Shown here one piece after another: positions 1 through 7,754 of a DNA stretch of 30,268 nucleotides. How positions within the stretch are numbered: the stretch's first letter is position 1; each line of letters begins with the position of its first letter. Origin of the DNA: Macrostomum lignano (taxonomy: Eukaryota); NCBI GenBank assembly GCA_002269645.1, contig NIVC01000079.1, positions 1 through 30,268 of the forward strand, read 5' to 3'. The position numbers and the translations under genes were made by a program. Under the pieces are notes generated by a model, which saw nothing but the letters and a program-made list of their open reading frames with translations, had not been told where the DNA came from and searched no databases.

Positions 1-153
1 GGTTTAAACTAACGCTATTTTACTTGGGGTTTTAAACGTACTCTAAACTATTTCATATTCGGTAATTTCTCGCCAGAACAAATATAAGTCGCTACCATAC
101 CCCATCCAATATTATAGCACAATTAATTTTTTACCCACGCAACATCCTTCCAG

Positions 154-532
154 AGCACAAGTTCAGCTTGTTCCGCTCCCTGTGGCTGATCTGGTCGATG
201 TTGTTCGTGCCGCAGTGAACGCCGACAACCCGCGAGGCGTGGCCAGCCGCTTCCTAGGAAACATCTGGGCCCTGTTTGCGCTGGTATTCCTGGCTTCCTA
301 CACAGCCAACCTTGCAGCATTTATGATAGCCGAGGAGTCTTTTTACGACCTCGAAGGTATTAACGACTGGCGCCTGAACGATCGGGAAGTCATCGGCCGC
401 CGTTCGCTTTGCCACGGTGCCCTCTGGAGCCACGGAGGAGAATGTGAAAATGAACTTCCCTCGCATGGCCACGTACATGCAGAACTACAACAAGTCCAAC
501 GTTGACGAGGGAATCAAGGCGCTAAAAAACTA
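154..532 (+). CDS. Nmdar2: NMDA receptor subunit 2-like internal exon (M2 pore loop, M3, start of S2 ligand-binding lobe); 3 missing bases must be restored
   Basis: Acceptor ttccAG at 152-153 and donor GTAAGT at 533-538. Repaired translation: [17 protein letters not shown](G/R)[40 protein letters not shown]...[56 protein letters not shown]. It contains the iGluR gate motif SYTANLAAF and a GluN2-type PPFRF(A/G)TVP segment. Frame breaks at about 207, 383 and 405. Confidence 0.93.
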
Positions 533-542
533 GTAAGTTTAA

Positions 543-2892
543 CCCCAAGACTGCGGATGGCCTGCTCTGCAGGTCATGGTCTCATATCTATGGTCTGCGG
601 CTCAATTTGCTGCTGATATGTTAAAACATTTCTAATGAGTCTTAGTTTGCGGCTGTGGCCTGCAGAGCAGGCCATGAAAAAGTCGGTTTTTTAAGTAATT
701 TTTTTGTTCCTTTTAACAGCTGATTTTTCTATACTAATGCGCAACAGGGATACTAAACGAGTTATGAAGTGTGAATATATTTTCTCAACAGTCATTGGAA
801 TAGTGAATAAAAGTTCAAAGACATAGTGAAAAATTTACGAAAACAAGTAATACGAACAAGTTTAAAATGATAAGCGAGTAATTCAACAACGACCAACAAA
901 CATCGATAACACCAAGTACGAGTAGCAGTCATAGGCATAACAGCAGATGAGTCACAATTTAACAAATAGTTATAATTAATTTTGATTGGCATGCCAATCT
1001 CCGAAGCAGGGCACAGCGCAAAGACCTGGATTTCCCTGGCAGTAATCGCAACAATAGACAGTTTTCTTGACTCGGCCACTCTTGTAACACTGTCTGCAAC
1101 GCTTGGCTGACCGAGCCTGGGCACCTGTTGGCCGGAGGCGCTTCAGGAGATGCTGCTGCCTATTGGGTCCTGTGCCAGGCTGTGCTTGAATTTGCCGGCT
1201 CCGTGCAGGTCCAGTAGTCTGGATGAAGCCCTTGATGGTTAATTCCAGGAACTTCAGGAAGTCGTACGAGCCGCCACGGGACTGGTACACAACCCAACCG
1301 TTTCTGACAAGGACCAAGAAAAAGTGGGCCATAGCTTGGCAAACCACTTTTGTGTCCTTCTGTTTGGGCTATACGGCTGTAGGCCAGAGTCCAGCTTATC
1401 AACACCGCCATAAAGCTATTGTACGATGTTGCTGTTAGAGGCTTGAGTTCGACAACTTCCTGATTTCCTTGAATGGTGCGGTGAACATGTTGAATGGCGG
1501 CGGCATTTTTGGTGTCAATAAAATACACCGTCTTTGTACCAGATGCCTTTCTGACGACGTACTTCACAGCAAGTACACTGCCGCTTCGCATGAAGGCACA
1601 GCTGGAGCGGGCACGGCCAGATCTCTCAATTCAACGGGACACCGCGGTTTGCACGCACTGTGCAGGTCAGCAGTGTGCCGTGATGCAGCAGGTAGTCTGC
1701 TAGGCGATGCGATCCGAACCAGCTGTCGCAAACGACATGGTAGCCAAGGTCCAGTACATATCGGCATGTCTCAACCAGCACCTTCTCGCTCATCGAAAGT
1801 CCTTCACATCCCAGATCTTGACCAAACTTATCATTCTCGGCTTTGCTCGAATGCACAAGAAAGTTGCAAACATAACCTGTTTTTGCCTCGCACAAGCAAT
1901 AAATTTTAATGCCATACCGCGCTTTCTTTGCTGGAATATATTGGCGGAACAGTACTCTTCCTCTGAACAGCACCAGTTCTTCGTCTACGCTTAGCTCCTT
2001 CTCTGGCATGTACACGTTCCGGCAGATCCGCGACACACAGTTGATGAAGGGCCTGGCCTTAGCCAGAGGATCAGCGGCGTCAAAGTTGGAGCAGTCATAG
2101 AAGCGTAGTAGACTGCTGATCTGCTGAAACCTGTCTCTTGGCAGACTTGCTTGCTGCTGGAAGAATGGCGTAGAATAGAACCCGCTTTTAGACCAATAGT
2201 GGGTCACTTCCGGTTTTTTACTACTCCCATATAAAGGGACATTGCGACGAACTTTGAAATCTCATTTACAGTGACATCCTTCCAGCTGGAAAATCGCGAT
2301 GGTAGCTGTTCATCCTGAAGATCTTCGAACTCGCGCCACGCTCGAGCATTCGTCCAGTCGCACAGCTTCTGTAGCAATTCGGGTGTCAGAAACATTCGGC
2401 TGAAAGCTACTGGATCTTCATCAGCGTTCTCGGGTTGCGGCAAATCCGGATTGACACCTGGCATGCCAAGGAACTCCGGGTCCTGGTTCAGCTTCTGATC
2501 TTGGCCAGGGTGGCATGTATGCCAAACATTGGTTGCACCATGGGCAGCGGCCAAGCCTTTATCTACCTCTTGCATTTCCATGCCTCCTTGTTCGGTTTCG
2601 TCCTCATCATCAGTGAAAAAACTGTCGTCTCCTTCTTCAAACTCGGGATCAGTATCAGTATCAAAATGCTCCGCTTGAGCCATAATGACGATAAGTAGTG
2701 TTAAAAAATTGAAAAGGACGTTAATAGAAACTGCTCTAGCTTAAAAACTGAGCCACAAGCTGTACAAATACAATCCAAAAGTTTCAAAGACTAAATACTC
2801 AGTAGGAGCTGCTACCGCAAACTAAAGACATGTCAGCCAAAGATTAAAAAATGTTCATGGCCTGCAGGGCAGGCCAAGCCGCAAACTGTGTC
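543..2892 (-). mobile_element. piggyBac DNA transposon (about 2.35 kb) in an NMDAR2 intron, antisense to the host gene
   Basis: Left end is TTAA (539-542) followed by CCCC. Related 19-bp palindromes TGGCCTGC-NNN-GCAGG(C/T)CA lie at 558-576, 656-674 and 2858-2876, with inverted (T)AGTTTGCGG motifs at both ends, and they enclose a transposase. The right terminus (about 2892) lacks a recognisable GGG-TTAA, so that boundary is approximate. Confidence 0.85.
976..2683 (-). CDS. piggyBac (PGBD4-like) DDD transposase with C-terminal cysteine-rich domain, split by at least 4 single-base frameshifts
   Basis: Consecutive ORFs 2683-2204, 2207-1626, 1591-1160 and 1347-976 give an acidic N-terminus, RDRF, SVDEELVLFRGR..RQYIPAKKARYGIKIY, VCDSWF, YNSFM(G)GVDKLD (after restoring one G near 1410), KWF and CRQC..CCDYC..LCAVPCFGDWH. 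The catalytic Asp residues appear intact and I saw no in-frame stops in the repaired frame. Confidence 0.92.
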
Positions 2893-3104
2893 TATGGCAG
2901 TAGTACTTCTTTGTGAGTCGCATTCGAGCGTACATCTACTTATACTTAGTTCTTACTTCTGATGTAGTTAGTCACGAGTTCTACAGGTTTACATCAGACA
3001 TAGCGCTACATCAGAAATAAGCTTACAATATGACGATAGCTCATATTACTGTTTCAATTACTGTTACGCACCTAGAGAGCATCCAGCAGAATAGAGTGAG
3101 GACA

Positions 3105-3239
3105 GTTTTAGAAGATTGAGGACGATGCCCTCGTTGGCATAATGCTAGTCGCAGATGGGAAATTCAAATAGCACTTAAAGCACATTAACAACATCGGTCC
3201 CCAAAATGATGTGGGGCTCAACAAATTCCAGATATTGAT
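3105..3239 (+). repeat. Dispersed about 135-bp repeat, copy 1
   Basis: Aligns in direct orientation with 4314-4454 (shared GTTTTAGAAGATTGAGGAC, AGTCGCAGA, TAGCACTTAAAGCA, CCCAAAATGATGT.GGGCTCAACAAATTCCAGATATTGAT) with scattered substitutions and indels. Confidence 0.85.
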
Positions 3240-3786
3240 TGTTGACAATTAATAATTTTTTATCTCCCAGTTAGTAACTTGGATTACTGCATAACCTGCA
3301 CTCAGAAAACAAGTGCTTCTAATGACCTAGGGACCATCTCGGCATAACAGTCAGTTGATTTTGTGACTTAATTGATGGGAGTATTACCAGTAAATTTGCC
3401 AGATAATTCCATATAGACTTGTAGTTTATTTTATTTTCGAGAGTAGCGCAAAGTCTGCAGATACTGTGGATACTCGCTCAGAGTTCTGAAAAATGAGCGA
3501 AAATAAATTTAGTGGGCCTTGAGTACTTTTGCATATTACAGTCTTTAATATTGATAGTTCAAAATTTTAAGCACTCAATTGGAAGTTTAAATTGTACATT
3601 AAAAATCAAGAATTTTAAGTTGGGCGTTCAAAAATTTTTCGATTAAGTGGGTGTTTCTTTCCTGATGCAACGGTAACTGTAAGTAGTTCTTTGTTGCTGC
3701 AGTACGAGCTAACAGCATTTTACGTAGATATCGCAACACAAAGTCTACACCAACCAACAGCTTTGCTTCTATCCTAATTTGACCAG

Positions 3787-3968
3787 CGAAATTGACGCAT
3801 TCATCTACGACGCCACGGTGCTGCAGTACCGAGTCGGCAAGGACAAGGACTGCAAGCTGCGCACGGTGGGCAATTGGTACTCCATGACCGGCTACGGAGT
3901 GGGCCTGCCCAAAGGCTCCAAGTGGCTTGGCAAGATCAACCAGCGAATCCTCACGTACCGAAAGAATG
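3787..3968 (+). CDS. Nmdar2: NMDA receptor subunit 2-like exon (S2 lobe)
   Basis: Acceptor ctaatttgaccAG at 3785-3786 and donor GTGAAT at 3969. Reads EIDAFIYDATVLQYRVGKDKDCKLRTVGNWYSMTGYGVGLPKGSKWLGKINQRILTYRKN, with conserved AFIYDA and TGYG. Phase-consistent with both neighbouring exons. Confidence 0.95.
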
Positions 3969-4313
3969 GTGAATTTGCATAATTTTTTCCAGGATCCTGC
4001 CGATTGAAGAGAGGAGTGAGATGACAGTCATGGCTCCGAGGTGATTGAGACGGGGGACAAAATTCCTACTTGCTCCTCACGTTCAGCGGATGTAGGCGAG
4101 GATCTGCAATAAAAAACCCACTTTCTTCATATGCAAAGTAGACGCCTATTTCTGAAATTCATTTTTCAAATGAGAGTGTTCGAAAAATTCTCTTGGGCTC
4201 AAATTTCTTCGTTTTTAAACAGCAGCTGCAGTTAGGACGTAACGAGTTCATTATTGTCATACATGCACTCGGGTGTAAAAATATTTAAAAAATACAGAAT
4301 AAATAGAGTTGAA

Positions 4314-4454
4314 GTTTTAGAAGATTGAGGACACAGACATGCCTCTTAGGGCATAATACCAGTCGCAGAGGGGAAATTCCAAGTAGCACTTAAAGCAGAT
4401 TAAAAGTATCAGTTCCCAAAATGATGTAGGGCTCAACAAATTCCAGATATTGAT
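4314..4454 (+). repeat. Dispersed about 135-bp repeat, copy 2
   Basis: Direct diverged copy of 3105-3239, lying in the next intron. Confidence 0.85.
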
Positions 4455-4610
4455 CCAGGAAGTGAACAAAACCGGCACTATGAAAAAAACATGCAAAATC
4501 TTGAATTCAAAGTATTTTTTCATATAAAAAGCATCCTGAGTATGCTTAAAGGTTGGTATTGATTGAATAAAGGTTGATTAGCAAGCTTGGAAATTTTTCT
4601 TAACCGGCAT

Positions 4611-4846
4611 AATAATAAATTAATAATTGATTACACTCCCCAATTGGCCAAGGACTGGGGGGTCGCCACACACTTGGAATTACCCCAGCTATTTCGTAAT
4701 GCGGTACCCATTTTACAGTAGGTTGAACTGAAGCAGTGCAGAGTTAAGTGGCTTGCTCAATGATACAAATTGTTCCAGTGGAATCGGGAATCGAATCCCC
4801 GACCTTCAAGTCGTGAGTCCGACGCTCTAACCACTGGGCTACAACC
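4611..4846 (-). mobile_element. tRNA-derived SINE with a CORE (MIR-like) central domain
   Basis: Minus strand shows A box TAGCCCAGTGG (4841-4831) and B box GGATTCGATTCCC (4798-4786). These are followed by CATTGAGCAAGCCACTTAACTCTGCACTGCTTCAGTTCAACCTACTGTAAAATGGG (4762-4707), which matches the CORE consensus as I recall it (CCTTGGGCAAGTCACTTAACCTCTCTGAGCCTCAGTTTCCTCATCTGTAAAATGGG), and an (ATT)n-like tail near 4628-4611. Confidence 0.85.
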
Positions 4847-4935
4847 TTCTCCCTCCACGAAATCTTGAAAAACTGTTGAAAACGGCATTATTGAGTACTT
4901 CTAAAACACTTAAAAACTCTAATAACACTTGACAG

Positions 4936-5171
4936 GCCAGTTGGAACGCTGGAGCAACTTCTGGTTTACTGGCGCCTGTCAGAAAGGCGGAAAATTGCGC
5001 AACACCAACCAAACACTTGGAGTGAAGAATTTCATCAGCGCGTTCATCCTGCTTATTGGCGGCATGCTGCTCTGCTGCGTTCTGCTGCTTCTGGAGCACT
5101 CGTTCTATCGGTACATGCGACCGCGGCTCAAGGAATGGGACAAGTACGGCTGCTGCGGGCTCGTGTCCATT
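4936..5171 (+). CDS. Nmdar2: NMDA receptor subunit 2-like exon (end of S2, M4 helix)
   Basis: Acceptor ttgacAG at 4934-4935 and donor GTAAGT at 5172. Reads GQLERWSNFWFTGACQKGGKLRNTNQTLGVKNFISAFILLIGGMLLCCVLLLLEHSFYRYMRPRLKEWDKYGCCGLVSI. Confidence 0.95.
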
Positions 5172-6245
5172 GTAAGTGTTCCATGTATCTCTTCAAAAGG
5201 AATAGCTTGTTGGATGAAAGCGCCTAATTTTATATATCGTTAACGATAGAAATATACTAGTAGATCCAGTGCGCCGGAGTTGGAAAGCCTTGCGTAATTT
5301 CAGTGTAGAGTTAAATCAATCACTCTGCCAATGCTCTGGGTGGCGGATTTCAATGTTATAACGCCTCGAAATATTTAAGTGACTGCTTGTCATTTAACTA
5401 TTAGGGCCCGCTTATGAATATATTAAATAAGCATGATGAACATCAGAACACGCAACTACGAATGATAAATAACGAACATACAATCAAGCAATAAACGAAA
5501 CGACCTCACGATATCGTCCAGCTCAGCGGCACTTTGCCATATGTACGGTTCCTGTTGATCAGGAAAAATTAGATTCTTATGATTGCACTCGTAGTGAAAA
5601 AACGACCTTGAGTCAAATTTTTTATTCCGTTCATATCATGTCTAAGAGAATGAACAGTGGTTAAGACACTAAAGCGCTTAAATTAATTGAGTTATACAAA
5701 CTGCTTTGGGAAGTTAGCTCGTACTTTTGTTAGTTTGTTAGTTTAGTTGAAAAGTGGCTAGACAAAGGGTGAGCCTCTTTTAGCAGCAAGGTATCTGTTG
5801 AGGTCATTTCGATAAAAAAATTGCTGCTTATTAAAGCACACTAAATAAAGGCTTCAACTTTAGACACTGCTACTTTCCGTAAATGAACTGTCTCTTCTTA
5901 GATAATGTTAATGAATGAAAGCGGAACTCACGGTTATAATTTTTAAAAAATTCCGGTTTGCACTTTCTTACTCGCTATTCACTGGCTGTAGACATAAAAG
6001 ACGTTATTTTTTCTAGAGCTGGGAACTCTGTTTATTGAATTACGCACTTTGCAAAAACATTTTTATTAATAAAAGCAAGTTTGTACTTTCGTAAACATTA
6101 TATCTAAGTTATCTTATGTAACCTTGAAAAGTAACTTACTGTGACTTGTGAAAAATAATGTTAAAACGAAGCAAAAAGATCTGTAGTTAAACAGTGGTTC
6201 CTAAAGGCAACTAAAGTTCAAACAATTCCCTTAACCCCTGCGCAG

Positions 6246-6508
6246 AGTATGGCCAGCTGCTGTCATTCGAGCAGTCCGTAAATCAGACAGTGGACCTTCT
6301 CAAGCATCACAAGTGCCGAAACCCCATTTGCGAGACTCAACTGTGGAAAGTTCGACACGAGCTAGACGTAGCCAGGAGGAAGGTGCAAAAGCTGGAAGCT
6401 TTGATAAGCAGCGGCTGCGCTGCCATTGACTACAGGGCGAGTGATGACACTACTTGCGCTGGAGACGGAGGAGGATACCAGCCGATCGAACACTGTGCTA
6501 ACTGGTAA
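6246..6508 (+). CDS. Nmdar2: NMDA receptor subunit 2-like cytoplasmic-tail exon (ends at donor 6504 if spliced, or at TAA 6508 if the intron is retained)
   Basis: Acceptor gcgcAG at 6244-6245. With one G restored at about 6251 it reads SMGQLLSFEQSVNQTVDLLKHHKCRNPICETQLWKVRHELDVARRKVQKLEAL, resembling the invertebrate NR2 tail motif (H.C..PIC.T.LWKV.HELD). Confidence 0.88.
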
Positions 6509-7030
6509 TAACCAAGTGCTTTTGTTCTGCACCGAACGGCTCTCATTATCGACATCTTAATTCACCACTAAAGTATGGCTAATAGTTTGTTCCACTCTTA
6601 AAGTAACAAACAGTAGGAATACCAAGTCAAAATGGGTCAAAATACCAAAGGGCGATTCCCACCCTGAAAATTCTCACCCCGTAGTAACAAAATTAGCAAG
6701 GCTGCGCTGAGGCTCAGTGCTGACTGGCACCAAGTTTGTATTGAATACACTAGCGCTTCTGGGAAAAAATCTGGCAGAATTTTTGAATACTCGACGGTCC
6801 GGAGGGTGGCGACTTGATTATTGTTTGAGAAGGTGCGCAAAAATGAGCAACTAAAACAACAAAACGTTCTACAGTGGTTCTAACGGTACTGTTAATGAAA
6901 ATACTTATCCGCTCGTACTTCTTTGAAATCACTCCTCATGCACTTTCTTTTCTACTCGCCTCAGTCCGTCTCCTACTTTTCCCATTGTTTGCTCTATTCC
7001 TCTCTCTCTGCAACTCTGCCTGACTCGCAG

Positions 7031-7205
7031 CAAGGTGGCCTACAGGCAGACAACGGCTCAGTCGCTGACATTGCTTGACTCCTCCAAAGATTGTGTACAG
7101 CTTGCTGATGCAATTCTCGCATGCACTGTAAGGGGCCGCAAACCTCTTCCGAAGCTCAGAGCTGCTACCATATCACAGCAGAGCGAAATAGAGCTTAGTT
7201 GCTAG
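7031..7205 (+). CDS. Nmdar2: Probable terminal exon of the NMDAR2 gene (not in the ORF track)
   Basis: A long polypyrimidine tract (about 6940-7020) and ctgactcgcAG acceptor (7029-7030) precede it. The phase-2 donor TG|GTAATA at 6504/6505 joins in frame (TG+C = Cys) to 57 stop-free codons KVAYRQTT...SQQSEIELSC, then TAG at 7203-7205. Confidence 0.65.
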
Positions 7206-7399
7206 AATAACTAATAGAGATGCAAGAGACAATTAGCTATAATGCACTAGAAGCGATGAAAAGAATTTGAGCGAGATGCTCTGGGTCGATATATTTATAA
7301 GTTGAGTGAAAGCGTACACACGTGAGCGTAATATGGGTTGGGGTGATCAGTAAAGAGTGAGAGGGGGTCGGTAATTTTAAATGTACGTACATAAATATG

Positions 7400-7491
7400 C
7401 AGAGACAACTAAAACTACCGGGACGCGAAACAAGCCAAATCATGGCGAAAAAAGTTGGGGGCTCGCGTCCCGGTAGTTTTAGTTGTCCCTG
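7400..7491. mobile_element. 92-bp hAT-type miniature element (MITE)
   Basis: 29-bp TIRs CAG(A/G)GACAACTAAAACTACCGGGACGCGA at 7400-7428 and 7463-7491 (one mismatch), flanked by an exact 8-bp direct repeat TAAATATG at 7392-7399 and 7492-7499. Confidence 0.88.
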
Positions 7492-7754
7492 TAAATATGC
7501 TAATTGAGCGTACGTGTACCGGTATAGCTATTGCAAATCTACACATGTAGAAGCACAAAACACAGGCAGCTTCAGAACAAAGCATAATTTACCCATCTCT
7601 CAAAGTAACTGCCTTGATGGGTGACGCAAGAAGCCTAATCAACTGTAACTAGTTAGTAACTAACTATTCAGCAGTTCTAGATTCAAACTAGCATCGAATA
7701 TGTTGCTTAAATTACACACCCGCGCGAATCTGTAAGCCCGAAGCACCTCTCAGT

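Noticed and set aside
2956-3016. 11-bp inverted repeat TTCTGATGTAG / CTACATCAGAA next to the piggyBac right end
   Set aside because: Too short, no TSD, and unrelated to the left-end sequence, so it is not the missing terminus.
4786-4846. tRNA gene
   Set aside because: A and B boxes are present, but the anticodon and acceptor stems do not pair properly and the sequence continues into a CORE domain and simple-repeat tail, so it is a SINE head.
123-5099. Antisense or alternative-frame ORFs (123-320, 254-478, 792-1124, 1223-1438, 1469-1909, 1494-1703, 1707-1994, 1909-2100, 2435-2698, 4839-5099)
   Set aside because: Shadows of the NMDAR2 exons and the transposase, with no recognisable motifs. 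The MADLVDVVR start of ORF 182-505 is the wrong frame upstream of the missing base.
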